Shown piece after piece: positions 43,383 to 56,926 of a stretch of 64,000 nt of DNA (position 1 is the stretch's first letter; every line of letters begins with the position of its first letter). Location: NCBI GenBank assembly GCA_907165135.1, contig OU015569.1, positions 10,044,001 through 10,108,000 of the forward strand. Direction: 5' to 3'. Position numbers and translations under genes: made by a program. The notes beneath the pieces were generated by a model. The model was given only the letters and a program-made list of their open reading frames with translations, searched no databases and was not told the DNA's origin. This stretch comes from Oikopleura dioica. Taxonomy: Eukaryota; Animalia; Chordata.

Positions 43383-46300
43383 TTTCTTGGCGTTCTGATT
43401 GTAGGTGAACATTTTAGTGGTAGGATTAGGTATTTCCGGGTGATAGGATTAGAGGCTGCACGTTTCTGGAGCCTATTGCGCGTGCATGGCCCGCGAATTG
43501 ATTTCCCCCGTTAGTGTGCATACTAGAAAAAAAAAGAAGAAGAAGAAACATCGTGCTCTGAGAATTGGGGGAAAAAGGAGTGGAGAGGGGACTGATTTAT
43601 TTAAACAATGAAAATATCAGGCAGCGGTTGGTTAAGACTCGATCCCTTGATCAAGCCTCACTTCGCACGCTTTCTGAGATCACTGTGACAACGCGAGAGA
43701 AAAAAGCCAGAGAGAAAGATTATGCTTTGGGTTACGATCGAGACTACTTCTAAAATTGTTGTGCTCAACCACACACGCCTAGTCAGATTTCTGAGCAGCG
43801 CGCTCCCACTTACTGTTGTGCCTATCAACAAAAATTGCAGCATCAACTATTTTATTCAATATTATTGTCGAATGAAACATCACACGATTGCGTCCTGTTT
43901 CCACTAAATGCATGGCCAATATTATACGCGCGTGCTGATAAATTACCACATTATTGGCTTTTTAAATATTTAACGCTGTGTACTAAAATCAAAATCACTG
44001 AGACGATCTGGCAAATCTCACGGATCACAGACTCTCACCCTCAGATTTTTAGATTAAAGCTATATTCTGCTACTAGAGCGCCTATATTGTCAGAAGATAC
44101 GCGAAACAAGCAAATCTACGTACTAAAGCGAGAAAGAACTAAAGAAGATGAAGTCTATGCTGAGACAAGTTCGCGAGGCTAGGGCCAACGCGAGGGAAGC
44201 TAGGTAAGTTAACGCCATGTTTAAAAATTATTATTCACTGTTGTTGCTGTTCGTAAGACCTAGCTGTGGCCAAAGATGCTCTTCGTAAAATCTCTCTGTA
44301 TGCAAAGATAGTTCTTTGCGATTTTTAAAAGTTCTCGTTCTTCATGTTCACCGCTTTCCTTAGCGTGTAGTCGCTAGAGTCTTGATAGACTGAGGATAAG
44401 AGTGTTGGATTTGTTGTTTTTTCTCTGGAAGGCTTCGCAGTCTCCGTCAGAGGATCTCCGTGGGTAGTTCTTGTGTTGAGCTCTTTTTCGGATCTCTCAA
44501 ATCTCTGTCCCACTGGTTGTTGTGCGTAGTAAAAAAGTGACGGGCTTGTAGCGTTTAAAAATTGCGTTTCAAACGTTAGCGTAAAATAAAAAAAGTCGTG
44601 GGTCCTTTTCTCAAATCCCAGTATCCATCGGCAATGAAAAATGTGGCTGGCACAAGCCGTTGCAGAACCAGTTTCGGTCGGTGGGGGCGCCCTTCCGAAA
44701 TCGGCCGCGGGGTCTCCCACCGAGATCGCCGAAGCTGGGTCCAGCAGCTCGCCAGCGCCACCGACCGGGCGACCTCCATCAGAAATCACGAGAACACACC
44801 ACCGTAATACCTCGCCTAAGCAGGATAAAGATCAGCCAAGATTACCCAAGAATCCAATTCACCAAATACAATCACCCAAGCCTTTCTCTTCCTCGAATGT
44901 TCACGTGATTTTATATCCCCGACGCGTGTCTTTGGTCGATTTCAGCAATTCAATTTCTAGCCTAAAAATTTTTGGTATAAAAAATCAAATCGCGATAGAT
45001 TCAGTGCTTTTCACTAGCCAGCAAAAATATCATAATTGGAATAATTTTATTCTCCATTTTTATTAATTTTTTAACGTAAAGAAATAAAATGCTTAATTGA
45101 ATTAAAATTTAACGCGGTTCGATATTCTGAAATGCAAAATTATTCAGAGACCTTATAAAAACGGCTGGTACGGGGCCATTTTACATTGAACTACTTGGTA
45201 ATTTGTTTGATAAACGTGAGAGACTGGTCGGAGATTTTATCGGCCTGAGAACAATTGAGCTGTGCAACTAGAGGCATTGACATTCCAAACTCTGTTGGGA
45301 GAAATTATAAGTAGACGCGAGAAATTGCCCTTTCTCGCTCCTCATCTTTACTTACGAATGAACCCCTTTCTCGGAAAATTTTGCCAAGTTGGCATAAAAG
45401 TTTTCGAACTAATTTGAGTTGAGCCTTTTTCGTAAATTTTGGAGAGAATGTTTGAAAGTGACACTTTAGGCGGAATCTGCTAAACTCGCTCAGGAGCTGT
45501 GATCGCGCCGATGTCACTGCGTCATCCCAAAAATGTTCGAAATTGAACATCTTATAAATGCGCCTTAACCTGTCTCCGCAGTTTCGGCACTTTCGGTACT
45601 GAAATAGGGATATTGGCGCCGGGGATAATAATATACGTGTGTGACGAGAAAGAAAGAGCGAAAATTTATTTGATCATGCGAAACGGCGCTGACAGCGAAT
45701 GATAAACAAAGTTAGAATATATATTTAGGCAAGACTGTTACATAAACAGATAGAGTTCCATTATTAGGAGAAGCTCACACGTGTTTTTTGTCAATTGATT
45801 TGGCTAACTCAAGCAAAGTGCTTTTCGGCAAAGAAAACAAAAGTGTGAGGGTGGTTTTGTTTTGCGAGGTCGTTGCGTAATCCCTTGATCTGAATCGGAG
45901 AATAAATAAAAGGCGAAACTGTTTTGACACTCGGAGGGCTTTGTCACCGGCCACGTCCCAACGTTAGAACATCGACCCTAATCTCCATTTCCTGGCAAGC
46001 GCGTAATCAAGCCAACTTTCATTCTAGCGGCTCTGGTAGGTCTTTTCCTGGGCAACGTGTAGAACATTCTAAAGCTAAAAGCGGGAACCTAAAAGTGGGA
46101 TTATGATTTAATCCACATCCAAAATCCATCTCAAGCTGTCTGGCGGGCGAGATTCGCTGTAATCCATACTTCGAAAAAAAGAAATTCCCGCAACTCGTAC
46201 TTGAGACGCAAATAAGCCAAATTACAAGAACTGAAACTCGACAAACTGAGACGAGAAAAAACACTTGTACAGACTGTTTCATTTCTGGATTGAATTCATT

Positions 46301-49300
46301 TCATTATCATTTGAGCAGTGACAGGCAGGTGAATAAATTTCAGGATACTTGAGCTACTATTTCCGAATCCTGAAATATCGGAAAAATACAGATTTTTTTT
46401 GAAATGCCCCTTGACTTTTTTAAAGAAATGAATTCGGAAAAATACCAGTTTTCGCGGATTTATTTTTCGTTGCGCGAATTCCAGTTACGGGAATACAGTA
46501 TTCTTAATACTTTTATGTTTTTGAATTTACAATACTTTAACTAATGGTCGGTAAAGTTGGCTAAAATGACGTGTTGAAAAACGTAACTTTCTGTAAAGTG
46601 TGGTGTTTAAAATTTGGTCTTCTTGACCGAAATTCCGACGAGCGTGGAGGGTTCAAAAGAGGCTTGCAGGAGATTGAGGGTCGTAGTTAGTCCTTACTGG
46701 ACTGAGGCAGGTGCGTAACCTAGCAGCTGGCAATGCAGCGAGGAGACATTCCGGGATGATTTCGCGCGAAATTCGCCAACAATCAATCAAGACATTCTCC
46801 GTACCGCGGCCAGAAACGATGACGCAACTGAGGTTGAGGAGATCATTCAGTGCCTTAAAGAGTATTTACGTGGCATTTATATTGAATGTATGGCGTGTGT
46901 TTAAGCAGGAAAGGATATGGCGGAAAACTGGAAGTCTCGGTTCTGATAACCATCGAGCCGGAGAGAGGCAGCCTTTCGACCAGAAAACGAGCTCAGCTCC
47001 TTATCGCCTTTCGAAGGGAAAGCTACCGAATTCGCCCATTTTAGCACTCATTTCAAAAATGGCCTTTTTTCAATGCTCAAATCGGAGTTTACTCAGCGGT
47101 GTATTTCCACTTGCACCGCACCAGCTGCTAGTACTTAATGCCCGTGGCCAACTCCTTTTCAAAATTCGCTGCTCAACAAAAGCTGCCAGGAATATAAAAG
47201 AGCATGCATAGGGAGAATACCTTAACTAAAGACAAAAGCTCAAGTCTGAGAGTTAATTTTACGATTGGCAGGGTTAACGATCGCTAAATCGTCGATTTTA
47301 CTAAAAAGAGAATTCAAAACAGGAAAATTACAACAGGAAACAGTAAGTTCGAAGTTCATTTTTGATACTTTTGAATTAAAAAAAAAAGAAATAAAAGAGA
47401 GAAAAAGAGAGAGTGATTGAGAGGCAAATGTAGGAATAAAAATGGCGGCAGATGCCACCGGGCATCAGTGAAGATTAATCGACAGGTTCAAGCATCTCGT
47501 TGATTTTTTTTTCTTTTTTGAAAAAATGACGCAAAACGTGAGAAGCATAATTTTGATCGACGCACTGTCGCTTTCGCGAAATCTGATAAGCCCTTTCGAA
47601 AGATTTCAGCAAATTGCTAGAGTACAAGTTTGTGCTCCCTAATTTGCAATTTTCAATTAACCCAAACTATCGGTGGAATTGCTCGAATTCGCTATCTGAG
47701 CTCATTTTGTTTCGGAGTGAGGTGTCTTTAGTTGCGAAGAAAGAGCGTTAAGTGGTAGTAAATATTTTGTGTATCTAAGCGAGGTCAGTCGTCGCCTGAA
47801 CCTTGCCTTCGCCACGTTCTCCATCTTCCATGAACTCGACAAGTAGTCAAAAGAAAGTTCAACAAAAAGACTTTTTTCGTTGTTTAATTTTCGAGGTTGC
47901 TTTAGTTCGAGTATGCCCGTATTAAATTGTACAAGTAATTGTTTGATGTGAGTTGGGTGGCGAAATTACGATTTGCCTCGTTTTCAAAACCACCCGTTCT
48001 ATGCGTTGTCATAGTAAACATGAGATTATTGATCAGTGTTCGATCACTAAGCAATCGACTACGGGTGCTGAAAACGCAGTTGCAATTTCTTATCGAAATC
48101 TACACGTCAACCTGAAGAGTTCATTTTACTCTAAAACGCTAAAACGTATCTTTCACATAATACTTCATATTTTCAGCAAAATCAAAATTGGGAACAACAA
48201 AAATTTTTACGAGATATTAATATTCGTACTAATCGCCATTTTCTTAGTGGCTATTTTGGTAGTCCTGGCCCTTATCTGCCAGACGCTATGAAAAAACATT
48301 TGTCGAAAGCTGACGCCGACTTTTTGGAACTCGTCGATAAGCATATCTTTTACATTTTTTAAAGAGGAAGTATTGCGCAAGCTAGTCCCGGTGGAGTTAA
48401 TCCTCTTCTCTGCTGATTCAACTTCACTAGAATGCAAAAGGCGAGAAATGAGTAACGCCTAGAGAGTCTCTAAAAGAGGGTTCATGCCGTCGGTGACTAG
48501 GTGCGAGATAGGATGTAGTTAATTGGTACATTGGCGGACGTGGCTGACAAACTATTTTCGCAGCTTAGAGCGATATTCCGGAGACGAGATAATTTTTTAT
48601 AATTGTTTGACTTTCGTAAAATGCCGTATGTGGAGATTTCAGAGCGTTTCTATTACGCCCAATAAAATCAGTGTTTCCTACGAGTGTTCGTTTCTACTAG
48701 CTTGAATAATGGTAGCTTGCAAATATTCTTTTCCGAAGTTCGAACAATTTATCAATCTATTTGAGAGGGGGGTCCTTAAATAATTTTGGCTAGAAACATT
48801 ATCCGGCTTAACTCTCTCTTGCGAAACAAACTTGAGTGCGTTTGGAAAGACGGTGAAGCGATTAATCTGAGCTCGTCAGTTCAACTATCATAACCGACCA
48901 AACACAGAAACAACCCCCGGTTACTTCTAACCTCAGCGCTTCTAAAAGATCAACGCACGCGGCGGCTTAGAGGAACGCACAATTTTTTTGTATCGAGAAT
49001 TAAAGTAACCTTGACTTTAAGGGCGATGCCGAAAGCGCTGGGAGGAGCAATCGGCGCAAACAAGGCCCGGGACAGACTTGGAACGAAGAATTCGAATGGT
49101 GAGTGTTTGCTATTTTAAAGACGATCGATCTTGTGCCTGAGATCCGCCCGGATAGTGTTTTGACGGACTGTGAACGCGGATCCGCTTTTCATCCCTCTTT
49201 TTTACTGTGCATGCTTCATGTCTGTAACGTTTCTATCTATAGTGTCTAAGTCGAGCTCTGACTACAGTAAAGTCCACCAAAGTGAGTTCACGGATCGAGA

Positions 49301-50252
49301 AATAATCATCAATTTAAAACTTACAGAAATTAACAACTGCTCAAAGTTCGAGCCTCAAACCACATTTAAAGTTGAATAACTTGAGTTTTAAATCGAATAA
49401 CTCGTAACCCAACTATCAATTCTCGTTCTCGTCCAGATTTAATAAAAATGTTAAGGCGACTTCTACGAAGACGACACGGACTGTAAGTACAACCATTTCG
49501 CAATAAAACAGAGCAGAAGCAGGTGAAATGAAGAATACAAGTTTACCAGGTTTTATTTTCAAGAATCTAAAATCCGAAAATCCGAAAATTGTAAATGTCC
49601 GTGCAAATTTTATTCAGCTCTTGATTTGTGCGCTCTGAATGTCGAAGAACTCGAAGGTGAGACAGTTGTCGTGCACAGTATTGTACATTCACTTATCTTG
49701 ATGTTGATTTTGACGTGTGATTGGCGTTGTGGATGAGCTGCAAATTGCTCGGTGTGAATTAGAAGTTGCCCTCGTATATCGTGAGTGGATGTGTTTGGCC
49801 TCCGTGTTGTGTTTGCTGTCACAACTGGTCAGCATGGACACGGGTACCCCATTCCACGTGGACGAACAAGAGTTAAATCGGCCCAAATTTTCGAATCCAA
49901 TTCTTGATTTTTCTCTGCAGACAAACGATCACTGCCCAAATACGATTTCTTCCAAACGAGCTCAGTCTAATCGGAAGCATCCCCGCGCAACTTTCTTCTT
50001 TTCTAAAATTCTCCGTTCAGTGTTAAAAATTTTGAAACTGAAATTTGAATTCTTCGCTGTCATAAATTGTAATCTTGTGATTCTTTTTCAATTCTGGTTG
50101 TTTTATCAGCTTGAATTTAGCGGATGACCCAGCTCGCGCTCGTCAATTAGAAGTTATTAACCAAATAAGGGGGCTCATCAAGGTAGCATTTTTTGTTCTT
50201 GTTGTCTCGTCAATTAATAAACGGCAGCCCCTGCTTTGCATGAAATATTTAG

Positions 50253-50562
50253 TCGACAGAAGAACTGAGCTGGCTCGAGTTGCTAGAACACGTCGGAATC
50301 AGCGAGGACGAGTACCTTCAGTACGGAGCAATCTGGCGCGACATTGCCGAGGCTGATCACTCGGCCTCGCTCCGCCAAAAAGACCAGTTCATCTTTCTCG
50401 ACGATCTCAAGGATCTCTGCGAGCGGACTAGACATATTTTTAAAATTCCCAATTTGGATAGTGACAAGATCGCGCGGCTCGATATCCCCGTGATGAGCTT
50501 CCACTTTGGAGACAAAGTGCACAGGCTGGACGTCACCAAAGCCTTGCTCATTGAAGATGATG
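50253..50562 (+). CDS. Exon encoding a domain similar to the Nav/Cav channel C-terminal EF-hand-like region (paralog A; gene ends unresolved)
   Basis: GISEDEYLQYGAIWRD...DQFIFLDDLKDL...IPNLDSDKIARLDIPVM...GDKVHRLDVTKALL parallels Nav LSEDDF..FY.VW..FD...QFI....L...L..P...K..L..MDLPMV.GDRIHCLDIL.A. Confidence 0.6.
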
Positions 50563-51978
50563 GGTTAAAATTAGTTCTGATTGTTTTTTCGAAATTCTAA
50601 GTCTTGACCCAGTTTTTACCCAGCCACAGCCGTTGATCAAATGATGGATTTATTGCGAAGGGTGTGCACGTGATCGATCAAGTACACAGGATTTTGTTCT
50701 GATGATCAGCTGCACACCCTGCTATAAAGAACCGCGACAATGAGTTAGAAAAGCGCAAGGCAAGTGTTATGATTTAGCAGCGCTCCCAAGCAGGCTGAAG
50801 AAAAGAAGATTCTAACACTTGCGCAAGATTTATTTCCAAATCGAGGAACACCTAAAACGTCGTTATCCGCCACGGGCTTAATCAAAAGCAGCCGCAAAAG
50901 TACCAAGCGTTTAATTTTCACTAACCTTTCGGTTTTGTTATCACACTGTGTCGAATCGCCAGTAACCGCCGCAATTCTCACAGTATTCTCTTACTCACTC
51001 TTTAGAGTTTAGATTCGTTAGTTTTCTCAATCCAAATAATTATATAAAGAGTAAAGCCCGGCTGTGAGACGCGCGAACTTATGTGCGAGTACGAAATTTA
51101 CAAATCTTCCTTGCAGCCTGCCGACGTCTCCACCTCCCGCCTTGCCTGATTCTCACCACTGACTAACCACTTACACTGGCTAACCTCTCACTTTGTAATT
51201 CTAATAACAATTGGGCCCGAATTTCCTTTTCATCTGAAATTAAAACGAATCAAGTTGTTTTGCAAAGTCGGCCCTAAAAATCCCCAAATTTTCAGGACCC
51301 TCAAATTTTTTTTACGCTGCTCATTATTAATTTATTCATTCTCATTGCCCCCTGTTTATACGCCCAAGTTAACGATAGTTGACTTAACTTACTTGGAATG
51401 CTAGTTGTTAAAATAAAAAAATGCCTTATAAATTATAATTAAAAAAAAAACATTTTCTGAAATAAAACATCTGATACGACCGACCTCTTTTTTTTATCTG
51501 ATACTTCTCCCTTTTACATTAATTCCACTCAGGAGTTTTTGCCCATTCGAGATAGAGAGAGAAAAAAATTAAAAAACGAAATGCCTGTTGTTTTACCAAA
51601 ACGGTTTCGCTCCCATGCAAACGGTATTTTCACGCGCGGAATTTTAAAATACAATTTTGACCGGCAGACGTTTTTGCTTGAATTCTTTTTAGAGCTCAAT
51701 CTAGCAACTCGTGGGCCTCTGCAACTGATTAGAGCGGTATTTATAAAATGAGATTCCGCTCGAAATTAAAACACTTACACGGGCACTTTTGGCAATCTAT
51801 ACGCGAGAGTCGCATTTTGCAAATGTGGATATAAAGACCTAAAAGCAAGCTTAGAATTTCGTCACTCAGTCGTGTTTTCTGTCGAATAGTAGTTTGCAAA
51901 AATGAATTCGCTTCTTATCAAGGTGTCATGTATAAGTTGACGCGCTATTCTCGAGAAAATGATCTTGCTTTCTCAGAA

Positions 51979-52159
51979 GGAAGGTTGCAATTAGAATTGG
52001 TACAGACCAATTATTCTATAATATAGCTAGAATTCGTCTGATACCAAACCTTTTTCTCGGTTAGGAATTAGGGCTAGGCTTTAGGGTTAGGAGCATCATA
52101 CCAATTTAAGCCAAATTATACAATAATTGGTCCTGTACCAATTCTAATTGCATACTTCC
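51979..52159. mobile_element. 181-bp MITE with ~44-bp TIRs starting GGAAG, 8-bp TSD (TCTCAGAA) and a telomere-like TTAGG core
   Basis: 51979-52022 is inverted relative to 52115-52159. TCTCAGAA lies at 51971-51978 and 52160-52167. Internal GGTTAGGAATTAGGGCTAGGCTTTAGGGTTAGG. Confidence 0.8.
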
Positions 52160-53139
52160 TCTCAGAACAGTCGCCAAAAAGAACAGCCATCGCGAAAAGC
52201 GGCAAGGCCTGCTCGTAAAAATAACCTGCATCCTCGGAGAATAAAGTCAACAAAGGACCCTACTGTAGGAGGACTAATTCTCTCCATCATGTGAATTAAC
52301 GTCTATCTCGAGTAGATCCTTACGTGGTTGTCTTTGAAAGTAATCCCACTTTGTTTCGTCAGATGCAGCGTTCAGAGCTATTTTACCTTTTCTACCGAGA
52401 ACAAGGCACGGGAAAGTCTGTCAGCTTCTGGTAGTGCACCAACAAGTTTGAAATTTCAAGTTGAAAATTAGATAATGAGTCGCAATTTAACCTTTCTGCG
52501 CACAGGTGAAAAAGAATTTAGCGAGCTTTAAATCGTAAAAAGATCGCTGAATTCCCTCTGTGAATAACCGCGCTCTGGGAATAAACCTGGAAACAAAAAA
52601 ATTAATGAGAAGGAAGCAGAAAATCTACTCAATCTTCGTAAACAGTTCTCGTTTATCTTTTAGCCATGACGAACAAATTAAAAGACAAACAGCTTAATGT
52701 TCTCGGCATTATGAGAAAACTGGGAGGAAAGCAAGACGAAAACTGCACTCTTGAAGGTAGGCAAAAAAGGGACCAGAGGAAAAGCTGAAATTTTATCTCG
52801 ATTTTTGATCACGTGATCTAGTCTAGTGTAGGAAAAAGAGAGGAAAAACGCTTTCCGCTCTTCGGGAGGTCTCTAAAATTCGTGTCATTTAGCGATGCGA
52901 TTGCAAATTGAGATATAAACCCACTTTCTTATCTTATTTATACTTTTGCTTTGGAAAGGCCTTTTTGCAAGTTTCCAGCGAAACTGGAAATTTCTCATAT
53001 AGAAATTTTGAATGCACTTGGGTTTTTATTGCAGCGGTAAATCATCACTGCCTGAAATTACAGGAAACGCGTTTAGCTTTGATAGTTTTACTGTTTTTTT
53101 TTTATTTTTCGTTACGGAATTTCAAAGTGATTTAAGAAC

Positions 53140-53806
53140 TTTTGTTCGATCTGGGGATGAGCGAGGATCAGTTCCTTATCTTTGGCGAGATTTGGCGAAA
53201 ATACGGGAGGCGCGACGAGGCAGGAGCGGATTTGGCGTTTGAATTACGAAACTTTGTCAGTTTTATCATTCGCGCAATTATGATTTAGGGCGAACGTGCG
53301 CCAGATCCGGTGAACTAGCATCGCTCAGGCAACGTGATCAATTCATTTTTCTCAAAGATCTTCCAGCTCTCGTCCGCGACGTCGGCAAAAAATGTTTTGT
53401 TTCGGCTTCCACAGCTTCATCCGTACTTTCTCAAAAATCAAACACAGTAGTAAGCCAAATTGAGGAATAAAAGAGTCCGGCAGTGATCGATTCGTCAGTA
53501 GACTTGATCTGCCTGTCATGGGATTCTATTATGGCTACACAGGAGCAGAGGAGACTCCAGCGGACGGTGAGGTTTTCGTGGAAGAAGAGCCCAAACCAAG
53601 CTTCTTCCAGCAGATGTGCCTCAAGTTGAGGCGGTCTTCCAGCGAAAGTGAGTACGAAGACGAAAGCGAGCTGGAATCGACGGCCGAAGACGAAGACGAA
53701 GTCGACCCCGATCTCATCCTCAAAGTCCACAGACTCGATGTGACTATGTTTCTGCTCAAGGAGAAGCAGTCCTTCAAAGACATGAACGAACGTGACCAAC
53801 GATCTG
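53140..53806 (+). CDS. Paralog B of the Nav/Cav C-terminal-like domain, with an acidic insertion (exon boundaries partly unresolved)
   Basis: LGMSEDQFLIFGEIWRK, ASLRQRDQFIFLKDL, RLDLPVMGFYYG and KVHRLDVTMFLL match paralog A blocks in the same order. Confidence 0.6.
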
Positions 53807-54986
53807 TAAGTCATTGAAAGCAAAGCGATAATATTCTCACTTAAGATGGAACGATCTCTGCATGAGCGACTTTCGCTGCGGTGGCCGACCAGCTCCGGGT
53901 TCCTTCATTATCTTTGAGAGCTTTTGAGGCGAATTCCGAATTCTCTTGCGGTTTTATCTTACTGCGCTGCCGTTATTCGCGGAATCTAACTAGCACATTA
54001 GTCTCACAGTTGTGAGCTTTATTTTCATCAAGCAGGAACCCAAAAGTAGAGAACTGCTAGACTCCTACGTCACCTATAATGTTCGCTCCCTGCCAGAGCA
54101 GCTACAGGTAATTGGAAGTTCTGCGCTTTCTTCCGTCAGAAAGGCTTTGAGTATTTCACCAAAAGAGATGAAAATAAAATTATTTTTGTTCAGGCATCAA
54201 TTTTTCCGAGAATGAAGACAACCAGCTTCGCCAAATGATATTTCGGCAGGCAGCAAAGAGAGTTTCTTGTGTTGTTAACTTCTTATTGTGGAATAAATCG
54301 ATTTCATTAATCTGCATTTCCACAACACGTGACATCTCTACCAGAATCTGTATCGTTTTGATCAATTTTGAGCGATCGGATTCGCTCTGCCTTGCAACTA
54401 TAACACGATGACTGCCCAAAAGTTCAGCTGTGTTCCCTCATCCAGAGTAAAATTGGCTAAACTTAAAAATTTGACATGGTGTGCTCATAATTGTGCCCTT
54501 TGCGCTCCCCTCTGCCGCGCGAAATTGATCGGCTCTTTTGGGGCTCGCGAATTGCCCTTTTCTCGTGATCAAGAGCACATTACCCAGTCAAAGACATCAA
54601 CACGTACTTATGCGTGGATTTCTTCGACCTTCTTCACTACCAAAAAAGATCATTTGAAAATTTCGTGCGATTAATTTAGTGCTGGAAAGATGCACCGTGT
54701 CTTTTGGAAAAAAGGGTTGCGCCGTTCGTTAACGAGGAATAAACGAGCAGCAGCTATTCGTTAGGCACGTTTTTCATCCCTTCTCTTCATAATTTTCTCT
54801 CAATTATCAGAAGCAAGGACATTCTCCCTAGCTTCCGAGTCTTTCCCTTTTCTCAATTGAAGCTAGGAATCACCCATAATTTTTCTTTATTAATCATCTA
54901 GTCGCAAATTTGGTTTCCTCTAATTGAAATATAAATAAATTCATTTCCTGTAAGACTCACTTCTTTTTGAGAGACAACATAGACTG

Positions 54987-56891
54987 ATGGGTTTTGGGAA
55001 AAAGAAGAGTGGGCTTTCCCAAGTGAATGCTTGGATCAAATCTAAATCGAGCGCATCTTCTTCGGCCTCCTTCGATTCTAGACGTGGCAGGGAGTCCATT
55101 TCTTCTACCGGTGTGGGCAATTTGACCAACGAGTTTTTGGATTTTTGGACGAGACGCCAAGCCCTTGGCACGTCGCAGCTGTCTGCAAGACAAAACTCCT
55201 CAAGGCGGGGTTCATTGAGCTGAAAGAGTCAGAAGCATGGAATATTCATGCGGGAATGAAGTTTTTCTTCCAGCGGGAAGCGCTCACGGCAGCATTCGTT
55301 GTTGGCAGCAACTGGAAACCTGGAAACGCATTTTCGCTTGCTGCTGGACACATTGATTCGCCGGGAGTCCGACTAAAGCAAATATCCGACAAATCAGCTG
55401 AAGTAATTTTTATCTACTCATTAAACCTTGTTTCCTATTAGGTTCTATTAGGGTTCCATCAAAATTGGCCTCGAAATGTATGGCGGTGGGCTTTGGCACA
55501 CTTGGTTTGATAGAGAACTGACTCTAAGTGGACTAGCCATTGTAAAAACCGCGAATGGTTCGTTGGAAAAGAAACTAGTCACTCTCGATAAACCTGTTGG
55601 GAGCATTCCGAATCTATGCGTTCATTTAGGCTTGGCTAAAAGATTTTACTTATTTGCTTGAGCAATTTATATTATGAAAGCCTAAAAAGGACTCGAAGAG
55701 TTAAAGGAAGGCTTCAAACCTGGAAAAGAAGACCATATGAACATCCTAATGGGACAAACTAAAGGTGCTCGTAACGAAGAGGATTCAACTTCTTTGATCG
55801 GAAAGCATCCGCAAGAGCTCCTCGGAATAATAGGTAACGTTACTTATCGGAAATACAAAATTTAGTTTCATAGCTCAGAATTTGAATGTACAGGCTAAAG
55901 ACATCGTCGACCTTGATCTATGTTTCTCGACCTATCAAAACGCAAACATTGGTGGAATCAACGACGAGTACATTTACTCCGGGCGCTTGGACAATCTAAC
56001 GACTTGTTATGAATGTCTCGAAAAAATTGATGCACAGACATTTCTTTTGATTTGTTGAGACTTGAGTAGACCGCCTTAAAAGCTCTTACTTCTGCGGACT
56101 TTGCTTCAAATAAGACTTCTTGTTCCGGAATAATTTTATACGACCACGAAGAAGTTGGAAACACAAGTGCGACAGGAATGTGCTGATTATTTCTCGCAAG
56201 ACGATTTTATAAATCAAAGTCACACATAAAAAGGCGCCTGTAGTGCAATTACGGAAATGGCCCTTCGACGAATTTCAAAGTCCTCTGATAATATATTTGC
56301 CTACGAGCAGGCCATGTCAAAATGTACGCTTCCACTTAATTCATCTCCTTTATTTGTTTAGCATTTATACTTTCATGCGACATGGCACACGGGCTTCATC
56401 CTAATTATCCGAACAAACACGAGGAAAATATGAGACCGAACATGGGCGATGGCATAGTTCTTGAGTGGTTTCAAAGATTATTCAAGTACCTTAGCTTCAT
56501 TAACAGACGTAATTTATAAATCTTTGTGACCCCTGAGTCTTAAAATATACCAGCCAGCAACATTTTTCGTCGACAGCAATGGGAAATGCGCTTGTACGCC
56601 AGATCTGTGAGGTAGCTGGGATTCCACTTGTAACCAACACACCTCGTCAGGTACGGCATGAGCCCCGCTGCTATAAAACATTTTCCATAGGATCTAAAAT
56701 GCGGCGCAACTCTAGGACCGAAATTAGCAGCACAACTGGGCCTGCGCGTCGCAGATATTGGTGTCTCTCAGCTAGCGATGCACTCTTGCCGAGAAATGAT
56801 GGCGACCAAAGATGTTTTGCACTTGTCTACATTTTTTCTATTTTTCTTCAACAATTTCGCACATTTATTGAGCAAACACACTGGCAACTAA
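54987..56891 (+). CDS. DNPEP: Aspartyl aminopeptidase (M18 family), multi-exon; apparent 1-nt frameshift at T5 run 55142-55146
   Basis: ETPSPWH, AGFIELKE, AGHIDSPGVRLK, EMYGGGLWHTWFDRELTLSG, IPNLCVHL, HGLHPNYPNKHE, CGATLGP, DIGVSQLAMHSCRE; stop at 56889-56891. Confidence 0.9.
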
Positions 56892-56926
56892 TTTTTAATT
56901 TTAGCAAAAATAAATATGGTTGTTTA

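Noticed and set aside
44325-48700. ORFs 44325-44789, 44641-45066, 46711-47211 and an exon near 48178-48451
   Set aside because: Probably parts of host genes or chance frames; no recognisable family, so left unannotated.
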